Shown in pieces: positions 8,633 through 18,720 of a stretch of 64,000 nt of DNA. Below the pieces are notes generated by a model. That model searched no databases. It was given only the letters and a program-made list of their open reading frames with translations, and was not told the DNA's origin. A program made the position numbers and the translations under genes. The DNA is taken from positions 32,001 to 96,000 of the forward strand of contig CAVSHO010000001.1 in assembly GCA_963727825.1 (NCBI GenBank). The letters are read 5' to 3'. This DNA is from Ignavibacteriota bacterium (GTDB lineage: Bacteria; Bacteroidota; Ignavibacteria; UBA10030). Position 1 is the first letter of the stretch, and each line of letters starts with the position of its first letter.

Positions 8633-9550
8633 CTATCGATGCATGTTTCGTCGAATCAATTGCCAACCTTTGATAAGCTTAGGTGGATTCAGATATTTTT
8701 TTAGTGTGTATTCATCTGCGACAGAATCGGGAACGACGAAAAGTGGATGCTGAATTTGGTCTATTATTCCCGTTGGACGATTGGCAAATGAACTGAATGA
8801 GTCGATCGTATGAGTAGCGTCACCATCAAAGCCGATGTTAGAAATCAAATTTATATTTGGAAGAACCACTAGTCCATTGTTTATTAGCAATGTATATTGC
8901 CATTGCAAATCCCATGTATCTTTCATTTTTCTGTATACTAAATTAAGATTTCTTTTCCAGTATTTTTGCGTATATAAGGTTGGAAAAAGTAAATGCAGTA
9001 TGTTTTGCTCGAGAAACTGTGGATAAGTGGACATATGAACGTCATATTTCTCCCACGCTTTTTTCCATGTTGCCCAACCCCATATATGGCTGATTCTCGA
9101 AAAATAATAGGAACCATCACCGCGCACCATGCCATCCTGAAGATTTATACCTCCTATATGCATGACCCGGTTATCGTTTCTATAATATTCAAGCAAAGTC
9201 CCACAGAAATGAAAAAAGGACATGTCCGGAAGACAATCATCTTCAAGAATAATTCCTTCGGTTACATGATGGAAGAACCAATCAATGCCGGAACTGACAC
9301 CTATTCGGCATCCTAAGTTCTTTTCAGCAAAGTTTGTCTGGAGTTCGCATTTCCAATCTACTCTTTCAACAATCTTTCGTGCCTCAGCACATAGCTGATC
9401 TTCACCTTTTTTATGTTCACGTGGCCCATCTGCCGATATGAAGAGCTGACGTGGTTGAATATCTCGAATCCTTTGAAACACTTTTTCGGTTGTATCTGGA
9501 CGATTAAAGATGAGGAAAAGAATTGGCGTGTCGAATGTTTTATTTGCCAT
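8633..9550 (-). CDS. GT-A nucleotide-diphospho-sugar transferase (HlpA-like)
   Basis: ILFLIFNRP, DGPR, NLGC, IILEDDC, WGWATW, WD.QW, N.ISNIGF motifs. Confidence 0.85.
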   Translation of the reverse strand: MANKTFDTPILFLIFNRPDTTEKVFQRIRDIQPRQLFISADGPREHKKGEDQLCAEARKIVERVDWKCELQTNFAEKNLGCRIGVSSGIDWFFHHVTEGIILEDDCLPDMSFFHFCGTLLEYYRNDNRVMHIGGINLQDGMVRGDGSYYFSRISHIWGWATWKKAWEKYDVHMSTYPQFLEQNILHLLFPTLYTQKYWKRNLNLVYRKMKDTWDLQWQYTLLINNGLVVLPNINLISNIGFDGDATHTIDSFSSFANRPTGIIDQIQHPLFVVPDSVADEYTLKKYLNPPKLIKGWQLIRRNMHR

Positions 9551-9554
9551 AATA

Positions 9555-10415
9555 TTACCGATTTCTAAGGACGACGATAAGGAAAAAATATTTTATGATT
9601 TTCCATAAACAACTTGACCCAAAAATCAATATATGAAAAATTTTCCAAGGCCAGGGACAGGCAAGCAAAATAAAATTAGAATAGTAAACGGGATGAAGAG
9701 TATATTTTTTTGAAAATAAATGCTTTAGAAAGCCGCTGTACGTTTTCTCATTCTTAAAATTGCTTATTCCGGTTGCAGATTCATCGGCGTAAAGCTTAAG
9801 ATGTTCATCGGCTACTAATGCATATCCCTTATTATGCGCACGGACAGTGAATTCATAGTCGGAAGCATAGTGAGGCAATAGATGTGGGTAAAAACCTCCA
9901 ATAATTAAGAAATCCGAGACGTATAAAAATAATCCGCGGGTGGACGCACAATTAATTTTATTCGGATTCGTCTCGAGCGAAAATCTTAATCTTTTCCAAT
10001 CGGCATGAACTCCACCGTCAAAAAGTCGTTGGCTCACTTCTCCATAAGCATTTGAAATCAATAGAATATTCTGCCGCTCGTTTAAAATAGATACTGCTGT
10101 TTGAAGATAATTTGCGTCAAAGACAGCATCATCATTTATTATCAATACCATAGATGACGCTGGAACGTTTTTTGACTTTATCCAGAGATATCCTTGATGT
10201 AATGAGCCACCCCACCACCAATCTCCGTGTCCTTGAATAATAGTTAAAGATGAAATGCGCTCTTTGACCATTTCCGCCGTTCCATCGGTTGAACCATCAT
10301 CGATCAACAGCAAATGATAATCCTGGAAGGTTTGCTGCTGAAGACATGTAATGATTCGTTGAGTGATCTGTTTCCGATTATGAACCGGAAGTAAAATGTA
10401 AAGTTTTGGAATCAC
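9555..10415 (-). CDS. Glycosyltransferase family 2
   Basis: LLPVHNR, IDDGSTDGT, IINDD, HY..DYEF motifs; GTG start. Confidence 0.88.
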   Translation of the reverse strand: MIPKLYILLPVHNRKQITQRIITCLQQQTFQDYHLLLIDDGSTDGTAEMVKERISSLTIIQGHGDWWWGGSLHQGYLWIKSKNVPASSMVLIINDDAVFDANYLQTAVSILNERQNILLISNAYGEVSQRLFDGGVHADWKRLRFSLETNPNKINCASTRGLFLYVSDFLIIGGFYPHLLPHYASDYEFTVRAHNKGYALVADEHLKLYADESATGISNFKNEKTYSGFLKHLFSKKYTLHPVYYSNFILLACPWPWKIFHILIFGSSCLWKIIKYFFLIVVLRNR

Positions 10416-10506
10416 TTCTTCCTCAATACATTAGCCTTATGCAAGAATCTTCTATCGCACAGTTCTTCAATAGTCATTGATTGTAAATTACTCATAGAAC
10501 GGGCTG

Positions 10507-11673
10507 TTATTTGACAATGCTCTTATATACTTGTTTCGTTTCCTTTGCAGTTCGCTCCCAGGAAAAGTAATTCAATCGTTCCTTTCCTTTTTTACATAAT
10601 TCTTTCCTGAGTGATTTGTCTAATAATACCTGATTCACAGCACCGGCAATTGATGTTTTATCTTTAGGATCAAAGCACAAGCAAGCGTTTCCTGCTATTT
10701 CTGGCAATGAACTTGTATTGCTTATGAGAACCGGGCAATTACAGGCGAATGCTTCCAGAATAGGAATTCCGAAACCTTCATAGAGAGACGGAAAAACAAA
10801 TGCTAAAGCGTATGTGTAGAGGGAAATTAATATTGCGTCATTCACAGGAAAGTAATAAAGTTTATGCTCTACACCCCATTTATGGAGCAACAATTTCTCT
10901 GCTTGAGTAAAATCTTTCCCACCTGCACATACCACGGAAAGAGTTTTATCCTGTGATAAGAGCGGAACGATTGATTCAATAAAGAAAAGAAAGTTTTTGT
11001 ATAACGCTCTGTTGCCGACATATAGCAAGTAATGCTCTGGAAGATTTAACTTCTGAATTACATTGTTTTGTTTAACTATTTCAGCATTTAATGAATTTGC
11101 TAAATATACTACCTCGATTTTATCGCTCGGCAATTTATACAATTCCATCAAATCCTTTTTAGTGTTTTCCGAAATAGCTATAATTTTCGCAGCCTCTTTT
11201 GCAAGAAGTGATTTCCAGTTCAGAAATTGCTGGGACGATGGATAAAATTCTGGAAAAAGCTCATAAATCATATCGAACACCGTTAAGATAAAGGGCTTAT
11301 CGTGAAGATAGTCCAAGAAGTACGGATCAAAGTAAGTGGGATGAAAAATATCATATTCTCCGCGTGCAATGATTTCTTTAGAATATCTTTTGTTTTCGTT
11401 TTCCCGATAATTGTTAATCTGTTTAACGACAACATTTCTTGCTATATGCACAGGAAATCCGAGTCCTGCTTTATAAGAAATTCTTTTCAAATATGGATGA
11501 ACATCAATATTCCATTTTGCATTTTTCAAATATTCATTATCAGTATATTTAAGCGAAAGATTGAACATGATCTCGGGATCTTTAGAATAAGCATTCATAA
11601 GTTCAAAGAAAATACGAGATACTCCGCCAAAAGCAAAAGAGGAGAAGGCCTGATGATCATAGAGAATTTTCAT
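10507..11673 (-). CDS. Glycosyltransferase family 4 (mannosyltransferase-like)
   Basis: MKILYD.Q.F...GG.SR, YVG.R..YKNF, FVFPSLYEGFGIPILEA, SSLPE motifs. Confidence 0.92.
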   Translation of the reverse strand: MKILYDHQAFSSFAFGGVSRIFFELMNAYSKDPEIMFNLSLKYTDNEYLKNAKWNIDVHPYLKRISYKAGLGFPVHIARNVVVKQINNYRENENKRYSKEIIARGEYDIFHPTYFDPYFLDYLHDKPFILTVFDMIYELFPEFYPSSQQFLNWKSLLAKEAAKIIAISENTKKDLMELYKLPSDKIEVVYLANSLNAEIVKQNNVIQKLNLPEHYLLYVGNRALYKNFLFFIESIVPLLSQDKTLSVVCAGGKDFTQAEKLLLHKWGVEHKLYYFPVNDAILISLYTYALAFVFPSLYEGFGIPILEAFACNCPVLISNTSSLPEIAGNACLCFDPKDKTSIAGAVNQVLLDKSLRKELCKKGKERLNYFSWERTAKETKQVYKSIVK

Positions 11674-12446
11674 GGTTTCGTTGATTTCTGCATAATTAGA
11701 AAATCACCTATCATTTTACTCTTCATTCTCCGGCGCACATAATGATGCAATCCTAGTTTCTGAATTCGAAATATCCAACGGATCACCGAATCCGGAAAAT
11801 TCTTCTTAGTGAAAAGATGCAAGGATCCATGCGTATAATAATTTAAGCCATTCTCGTTTGCTATGTATTGAAAACTTTCTTTTGAATAAAACGAAACATG
11901 CTGCCCATGTTCAAATTGATAGTACCACCAATCTGAGGTTGGCACAGAAGAGGGCAGTAAAAAGGTTGAAAACAAAATATTGCTTGAAATGGATAACATC
12001 TTTCTAATTTCAATTAAAGGATCCGTAAAATGCTCGAAACTTTCAAAGCTGGTCAGCAATTCGCAGTTAGACAAAGAGTCAGTATATTCGAATCCTCGTG
12101 CAAGTAAATTCTGTGTCATTGGGTCATGCCAGAGGAAATTAAATCCAATATCTCTCATTAATCGTGTGAAGACACCAAAGCCGCCGGCATAATCAAGGAA
12201 CTTTCCGTTTTTGTCAAACAAAAAGAAAATAAGAAGTGATGTTGTTTTGCTGAAATAAATATTGCGCGAAAGAAGCCCGGTATCTTCTACATTTATTGGA
12301 TCATCGTACGCTTCGTTAAGCCAATAAGGATCTTCCGTCTGAAGAAAGCCACATTGCGGACAATGGTAATAGCATACTTGATATTTACCAAGCACCATGG
12401 CTTTGAACGCAAGTTCCATTTTTTGTTGGCAAATTTTACAGGTCAT
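11670..12446 (-). CDS. Class I SAM methyltransferase with zinc ribbon (paralog of 7780-8568)
   Basis: MTCKIC...C..CGFLQTE.PYWL.EAY, DYAGG.G.F.RLMRD.GF, FEHF, GQH..FYS motifs. Confidence 0.85.
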   Translation of the reverse strand: MTCKICQQKMELAFKAMVLGKYQVCYYHCPQCGFLQTEDPYWLNEAYDDPINVEDTGLLSRNIYFSKTTSLLIFFLFDKNGKFLDYAGGFGVFTRLMRDIGFNFLWHDPMTQNLLARGFEYTDSLSNCELLTSFESFEHFTDPLIEIRKMLSISSNILFSTFLLPSSVPTSDWWYYQFEHGQHVSFYSKESFQYIANENGLNYYTHGSLHLFTKKNFPDSVIRWIFRIQKLGLHHYVRRRMKSKMIGDFLIMQKSTKP

Positions 12447-13852
12447 TGTTTAGCCCAAATTCCCGTTGCTGTGTTATTAATGAGCTTGATGTATTGAATC
12501 GGCGACCAGATAGATCCGACAAAAAGGCAAATAGAAGTTGCGGCAACCACTCCAGCACTTCCCCAATGCAGATATTTTACAAGGACGTACGCAAGCGGGA
12601 TGTTTACAACACCAATAATGATTGAGCTGTAGAGCTGCAATCGAATTCTCCCCGTTCCATTTAAAAAGCTGACGAAGATACTGTTCCAATTGTTAATTGT
12701 CACATAAAATACCATTGCGAGAGAAAGAGTAAATGGGACCGATACCTTATTTCCAACCCAAAGTTGATAAATAGGTTGTGATACCGTTAGCATAAATATG
12801 GTTGTAATAGTTGCCAGAATCCAAATGCCAACTAATTTTCGTGTCGAACTTTTGATCCAGCCAAATTCCTTTTTATGAAACGCTTCCGTGAATGCTGACC
12901 AGAAGGGAGCTATTGCAATGCCGAATAACATAGAAATAACACCAAAGTATTTAAAGGCGATATTATATGCTGTTACCTCGGCTGGACCTAAAAAATTTGC
13001 GATTAAAACATTGCTAGTAGAGAAAATTATCAAAGCGGTAATTTGTATGATAAAGAATTGGACACCGATATTCGCAAGCGTCTTTGCATATTTCAATTGG
13101 ATGAGATGAACTGAAGGTGCAACATATCGGTACCTTTTTGAGTAAAACCACACCGATGCAACTGCCGGAACGAGTACTACGATAGAGCTAAAAACTATAC
13201 CAAAAGTTAAAAGTGAACTTGTAGTCAGCTTTGTTAAACCATAGACTGCGACTAGTGTAACGATATTGATAGATACTTCTATCATACCAGCGCGGCCCGG
13301 TTCTTGATCCGCGGTAAGAACTGTGCCGATCAAACTGAAAACAAAACGCAAGCAAAAAGAGACGATGACAATCAGAACGAGAAGATCTAAATCATGTAAA
13401 GGAATAGAATATGCGCGAAGAATCTTTTGCCAATTCAGGAAATGGTTTATTCCACAAAAAATGACAAGCCCACAACTGACAATAAGTAAAATAAGAAAAT
13501 ACGTTGTGCTTACATATATTCTGGCAAGATTTTTATTGCCAACAGCTAATGCTTCAGCAAATCTATTGCGCAGTCCATTGCCCAAACCAACATCAAAGTA
13601 TACTATCCATGCGACAATAGAGCTCAGGGTAAGCCAAACACCATATTCTGTAGGATTCAAATAGTTAAGAGTAATAGGAACAATAAGAAGTCCGGAAAGA
13701 ATACTGATTACTTTCATAATTCCAAGAAGAACGACGTTCTTTTTCACTTTGATTGATCGTTCATCTCCTGAATGTAGAAAGGAAATACCTTGTCGCCGAA
13801 GTTTGCGAACAAAAGCAAGATTATCGGCGAGGATAGGTGAAGTAAATTTCAT
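12443..13852 (-). CDS. Wzx-like oligosaccharide flippase (MOP/MATE superfamily)
   Basis: About 12 hydrophobic segments; YL...EYGVWLT.SS...W...FD.GLGNGLRN motif. Confidence 0.85.
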   Translation of the reverse strand: MKFTSPILADNLAFVRKLRRQGISFLHSGDERSIKVKKNVVLLGIMKVISILSGLLIVPITLNYLNPTEYGVWLTLSSIVAWIVYFDVGLGNGLRNRFAEALAVGNKNLARIYVSTTYFLILLIVSCGLVIFCGINHFLNWQKILRAYSIPLHDLDLLVLIVIVSFCLRFVFSLIGTVLTADQEPGRAGMIEVSINIVTLVAVYGLTKLTTSSLLTFGIVFSSIVVLVPAVASVWFYSKRYRYVAPSVHLIQLKYAKTLANIGVQFFIIQITALIIFSTSNVLIANFLGPAEVTAYNIAFKYFGVISMLFGIAIAPFWSAFTEAFHKKEFGWIKSSTRKLVGIWILATITTIFMLTVSQPIYQLWVGNKVSVPFTLSLAMVFYVTINNWNSIFVSFLNGTGRIRLQLYSSIIIGVVNIPLAYVLVKYLHWGSAGVVAATSICLFVGSIWSPIQYIKLINNTATGIWAKQ

Positions 13853-14029
13853 TAGATAGAAGTTAAAATTAGTATTGAAAAGATCTTGGCCTTAAAAACT
13901 AATACAACAATAATCTCTACAATATTCAACTTTTAATTCAAAGTTGAATAAGTTACACTGATCAATTATCTAGATTATTATGGAGTCAATTGTACAATCA
14001 AAGTTTTATTGGTTCGGATTATTGTAAAA

Positions 14030-16582
14030 TTAATTTATGATTGTACTTTTTTCTCGTTTGACCAGAAACCGGCGAAGCAGGAACAATATAAGTCCACTCC
14101 AAACTATAAGGTTAGTAATAAGGCTTATGGTCTTTCCAAGTGCGAAAGATGCGGGCTCAAATTTCATAAAAAGCGTATGTGTGCCTTGTGGAATTATCAC
14201 GCCACGGAACATATAATCTACTTTTCGTATTTCCGTCTCTTTTCCATCGACATACGCTTTCCATCCTTTGGGATAGTATGCATCGCTGAGAAATAGCAGG
14301 TTGTTTCCTGTAGCCGTAGCTCGTATTTCTAAATCCTGTGTTCCATATCGAACAAGGGTTGCTTCTGCCCCTTTTTGCGGAGGATCGATAGCGACGGAGA
14401 GTTGATCCGGTACATAGGCAATATCACGGGGATCGAATGACATCGCTGCCATTTGCTTTAATGTCGTGATGCCATCCGCAACTTCACATCGACGAATAAA
14501 AAATGCATGGGGAAGCCAATAACGGAAAGCATAGACATTCATATCGTTACCCCGATAAACAGGAATCAACATATTACTTGAGTCCGGTCTATTAGTGAAA
14601 ATGTATTTTACATTCATCAATTGCCAGACCAATGGATTGCCTAATCCGGCAACATCAACCAAATCCTGATAAGTACGCATCTTTGCGCCATGATATCCAT
14701 ACGCGCTGTACAAGCCCCAATAGGCAAGAGAATTTTCATAAATAGGCTGACCATTCACAAGTTTTAAGACACGATACTGCGTTGTATCCTGTTGAAGTAT
14801 TTTTACATATTCAGGTGTTGCAAAATATTGATTAGTTTCTTGTTTACTGACCGGTTCTGAGGTTTTTCCATCAATTCGCCAAAGGTCAGCAATAACTAAT
14901 ATTAAAATTATTCCATACAAAGAAGATTCTTTTAGCTTTCCTTTTTGATAATACCAGATTGCTCCAAACAAAATGAACATATAAATGAAGAAAACGAGAA
15001 TGTCCGTATGTACTTCTGAGAATACAAAATCAAACAACATACTGATGACTGTTGAATCTTTGCTGATCTTATGAGCCCAAACATTTCCGACTTCTTGTAA
15101 AGGAAAGAAGTAAGAATATAAATCTTTTATTACATCTTTGAAAATTAGAGTAAAAAATATCCCTGCTGCAAGGCCGACTAAAGTATATTTCCAGAATTTA
15201 TCTTTTTTAGGGTCAATTCCTTTTTTGTTCACTGGAAGGAGGGAAACAATTCCAAAACCAGCAAGAATTGGCGTAAAGAATTGTACTAACATCAAAATAA
15301 TTACTGGAACACGGAATTTATTGAACATCGGGAAATAACGATACATCAAATCATATACGAACGGAAAATTTTTCCCAAATGAAATGAACAAAGCAAGAAG
15401 AATCATAATTGTCATGTATTGCACAAAAGGTTCTTTCCTGAGCTTATAGAACCCGATCAAAGCTAAAACGATGACAACAACTCCCATATATTGAGGGCCA
15501 TCAATTAGTGGCATCGAACCCCAATACAAATCGAGACGTGTACTTTGGTTTTGTGTAAGAGGGCCTTGGTATTGAAGCGGTCCAAATCCATACCAGGAAG
15601 GGAAAAAGAATGTCATCACCTCTCCGGGGCTGAACGACCATTGAGTTGCGTAGTCGTAATCAAGTCCGCCAGTAACTGTTTTGTCTTGAGTATCTATCGT
15701 AGTGTTTTGGATTGGATTTGCACCACGGGTTGAATACGCATTATATTCCAAAGTGGACAAATGTAAATCTGCTCCCATAAGAAATGCGAGGCCGGTCGCC
15801 AAAACAAGCGTTGCGCAACTGATAACAACCCCATGCCATGCTTCTTTCTTAATTAGTGCCCTTATGAAGAAAAAGAGGAAATAAATTCCCAATGAGAGAT
15901 ACACATAAAAAATAAATTGCACATGTCCAGGCTCAATTAAAAGTCGGATGATAATCGGAAGAATGATAGCAAGCAACAATTCAAATTTATGGCGTAACCG
16001 ATCAACAATAAGAAAGACAAACGGAAACAATGCTAGTACACCGAGCTTCGTTACATGCCACATCATAATAAGCAATGTAACATATGTTGCGTACACAGCC
16101 ATATGAGCAACAATCAATGCAACCATCTTATTTTTTAAAAGATGATATACGAAAAGGTAAACGCCTGTTCCGAAAACGAAATAATAAATAAGCCAAGATC
16201 CGGCAGATCTTTCGTCAAAAAATAAATATGATACTGTCGGCCTAACTCCAAGTTCCCACATAGTTATTGATAAGTCATATATGCGAGATATTGGATATGT
16301 CATGCTTGCAAAGCCAGGCATTCCGCCGAAAATATAAGGATTCCACAGAGGGATAATATCTTTGGCATCAGAATTATTTCGAAAAGTGTCCCAGCTATGT
16401 GCAGCAATTGAATCGACAGATTGATATGTTTTGTCGTCAAACACAATAGCGTGAAAGAACACGAGTAAACTCAGATAAAAAAATGCTATGGCAGCAAGGT
16501 GCTGATACTTTGGCGGGATAATAGGATGTTCTGTGCGCGCGTTTTTTGGAGCGCGGACTTGTTCTTTTACATTCTTTGCCAT
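14030..16582 (-). CDS. YfhO-family membrane protein (GT-C fold)
   Basis: Q.VD, PLWNPY.FGGMP, H.Q..Y, FNKFR.P and C-terminal LFLSD.YYP.GWKAYVDG...YMFRG..IP.G.H motifs. Confidence 0.85.
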   Translation of the reverse strand: MAKNVKEQVRAPKNARTEHPIIPPKYQHLAAIAFFYLSLLVFFHAIVFDDKTYQSVDSIAAHSWDTFRNNSDAKDIIPLWNPYIFGGMPGFASMTYPISRIYDLSITMWELGVRPTVSYLFFDERSAGSWLIYYFVFGTGVYLFVYHLLKNKMVALIVAHMAVYATYVTLLIMMWHVTKLGVLALFPFVFLIVDRLRHKFELLLAIILPIIIRLLIEPGHVQFIFYVYLSLGIYFLFFFIRALIKKEAWHGVVISCATLVLATGLAFLMGADLHLSTLEYNAYSTRGANPIQNTTIDTQDKTVTGGLDYDYATQWSFSPGEVMTFFFPSWYGFGPLQYQGPLTQNQSTRLDLYWGSMPLIDGPQYMGVVVIVLALIGFYKLRKEPFVQYMTIMILLALFISFGKNFPFVYDLMYRYFPMFNKFRVPVIILMLVQFFTPILAGFGIVSLLPVNKKGIDPKKDKFWKYTLVGLAAGIFFTLIFKDVIKDLYSYFFPLQEVGNVWAHKISKDSTVISMLFDFVFSEVHTDILVFFIYMFILFGAIWYYQKGKLKESSLYGIILILVIADLWRIDGKTSEPVSKQETNQYFATPEYVKILQQDTTQYRVLKLVNGQPIYENSLAYWGLYSAYGYHGAKMRTYQDLVDVAGLGNPLVWQLMNVKYIFTNRPDSSNMLIPVYRGNDMNVYAFRYWLPHAFFIRRCEVADGITTLKQMAAMSFDPRDIAYVPDQLSVAIDPPQKGAEATLVRYGTQDLEIRATATGNNLLFLSDAYYPKGWKAYVDGKETEIRKVDYMFRGVIIPQGTHTLFMKFEPASFALGKTISLITNLIVWSGLILFLLRRFLVKREKSTIIN

Positions 16583-16710
16583 AAATATTTTTGATTCCTA
16601 ACGAATATTGAGAATAATATAACCGATAATCAGCGTTTTTTGATTTAGTGTAAAAGATATAATAAAGAGAAAAGGAATGACATTCAATAAATTCGTCGTG
16701 CTATACAATG

Positions 16711-17520
16711 TCACATTTTCTTCGCCAGCACATTCAAACCAGTGCCTGCTTGATTCTCGGCATTATAATCCAGCCACATTATCGGCAGAATGAAAGGTAA
16801 AGTGATTAAGTAGTAGAATGGAAGCACGATAAATAAAATCTTAGAAATATTTAGCATTTGCATCGGATACTTTATACCAAGTTTCCAATACCGATTACCC
16901 CATGTGCCATAAGTATATCGAATTAATTCAACCTTAAATTCTACCGATTCCAACTTTTTCTGAATCTCCTCAACACCATATCCATTGCGGGCATGCTCGC
17001 CGATGAAACTTTCCTCTTTATCAGAATGTACGTCCGATCCACCGAGGTTTGACGGCGTGTTAATGAGCAGTGTTCCACCATGCTTTAGTGCGCAGAAAAA
17101 ATTGCGGAAAACGACTATATCATCAGGAATATGCTCCATTACATCGACAGAAAGGATGAAATCGAATTTATCCGAATGCTGGATCTGTGTCAGATCCTCA
17201 ACGGCAAACGAACATTGAGTTAGTCCAACGGAGTGAAAGAAATTATTACAATCGGTAACTTGCTCTTCTTTCAAGTCAATACCATAAATTGTTGCGAGCG
17301 GAAAATGTTTAGCAATGTAATATGAATATTGTCCGAAGCCACAACCGGCGTCATAAACTGTGAACGGTTTATTGCGGTTGCCAAGCTGATGGCGGAGTTC
17401 ACGTTTTACGTGCCATTCACGGAGAAACATAAGGCCGAGCAATTTATAGAATAGGATTCTCAGCCGAGTATTTTTGCGAATGACATTACCAAAGACTTTT
17501 TTAATGGGATCGTAGTGCAT
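16711..17520 (-). CDS. Class I SAM-dependent methyltransferase
   Basis: YDAGCGFGQYS, ILSVDVMEHI, EH.R.GY motifs. Confidence 0.87.
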   Translation of the reverse strand: MHYDPIKKVFGNVIRKNTRLRILFYKLLGLMFLREWHVKRELRHQLGNRNKPFTVYDAGCGFGQYSYYIAKHFPLATIYGIDLKEEQVTDCNNFFHSVGLTQCSFAVEDLTQIQHSDKFDFILSVDVMEHIPDDIVVFRNFFCALKHGGTLLINTPSNLGGSDVHSDKEESFIGEHARNGYGVEEIQKKLESVEFKVELIRYTYGTWGNRYWKLGIKYPMQMLNISKILFIVLPFYYLITLPFILPIMWLDYNAENQAGTGLNVLAKKM

Positions 17521-17522
17521 TC

Positions 17523-17557
17523 AAGTCAAAATTAAAAAGTAAAAATGAAAAAGTATA
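17523..17557 (+). repeat. 7-mer tandem tract (5 degenerate units)
   Basis: AAGTCAA AATTAAA AAGTAAA AATGAAA AAGTATA in an intergenic gap. Confidence 0.55.
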
Positions 17558-17596
17558 TATGATTAAAATGGAACCATTGTAGAATAAACTAAATAC

Positions 17597-18715
17597 TTAA
17601 GGTAAGTTGACCTTAATAAGTGAAAAAATCTGCTCTGGCGTGATGGAGTTCATGCAATTCGGATTGAAATCGCAACGCGGTTTGTAGCAAACAAGACAGT
17701 CTAAATTCGCCTGCACTTTAACAATCTGGCCATTGTATGAATCAATCTCTGCCGCTGAAGTAGGACCAAAGAGAGCTATGACCTTTTTCTTCAACGCCGT
17801 TGCTACGTGGAGTGCAAGTGTATCACCAGTAAGGAATACATCGCTTAATGTTACCAGAGCAAAAAACTGTCGTAGCGAATTGTCTGCACCTGTATTCACA
17901 ACTCGAGTCGGATGAAATTTGGAGAAATACTCATTACGCTCTTTTTCTAACGGACCACCGTAAAGAAGAATCGTTGCATTTGTTTGTTCAAGAATCATTT
18001 TGATTAGTTTCTCGAATCCTTCTATCGTCCATTGTTTAAACTGCCATCTGCCGCTGGCGCCGGTGTTCATACCGATCTTCAATGTTTGGAGATCTAAACC
18101 AGATCGCTCCGCAAAGGAATTCGCAAATTTTAATTCCTCTTCAGAAAGCTCGATGACGATATCTTTCTTCGTTGTTTTCAAGCGGCAAATCTCAAGCATT
18201 AAGTCTTGGAATGATCGTGTATTTTTCTTCTTTAAGTCATCGAAAGCGCCCATTTCTAACCACGTGACCGATTCGGTGTTGAATGGAAATACATTTCCTT
18301 TCGCATCAAAACCGTACCCAATTTTCTCTTTCCCCTTTGCCGTCGACGCCAGCACCGCGCTATCTGATGCGGAATCAAGATTGATAATTATATCAAATTC
18401 CTCAACTATAACGTGCAGAATGGTTTCTGTCGAATCATAAGCAAAAACGCGATCTACCAATTTATTGTTTTCGAAAAGCGGCACTGAACTTCTACATGTA
18501 ATCCATGTGATTTCACTCTTCGGATATTTTTCTTTCAATCCATGAAGTATGCACGTTGTCCGCAGCACATCGCCGACAGCTTCTAATTTGACGATCAGAA
18601 TACGTGTCTGTTCGGTTTCGTAGTAAGGACAAGCATCGCACTTCACGCCTTCGCGTTTATTGAATGAACATGGACGGTCGCCTGGGAAATATTTACAGTC
18701 AGTTTTGAGAATCAT
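17597..18715 (-). CDS. GT9 ADP-heptose:LPS heptosyltransferase-like protein with Cys-rich termini
   Basis: ILIVKL.A.GDVLRTT, G.N.GA..RW..KQW, TGDT..LH.A.A.....ALFGPT motifs; N-terminal DC..F.GD.PC...C..C and C-terminal C..CY...C.....CM. Confidence 0.88.
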   Translation of the reverse strand: MILKTDCKYFPGDRPCSFNKREGVKCDACPYYETEQTRILIVKLEAVGDVLRTTCILHGLKEKYPKSEITWITCRSSVPLFENNKLVDRVFAYDSTETILHVIVEEFDIIINLDSASDSAVLASTAKGKEKIGYGFDAKGNVFPFNTESVTWLEMGAFDDLKKKNTRSFQDLMLEICRLKTTKKDIVIELSEEELKFANSFAERSGLDLQTLKIGMNTGASGRWQFKQWTIEGFEKLIKMILEQTNATILLYGGPLEKERNEYFSKFHPTRVVNTGADNSLRQFFALVTLSDVFLTGDTLALHVATALKKKVIALFGPTSAAEIDSYNGQIVKVQANLDCLVCYKPRCDFNPNCMNSITPEQIFSLIKVNLP

Positions 18716-18720
18716 AAAAG

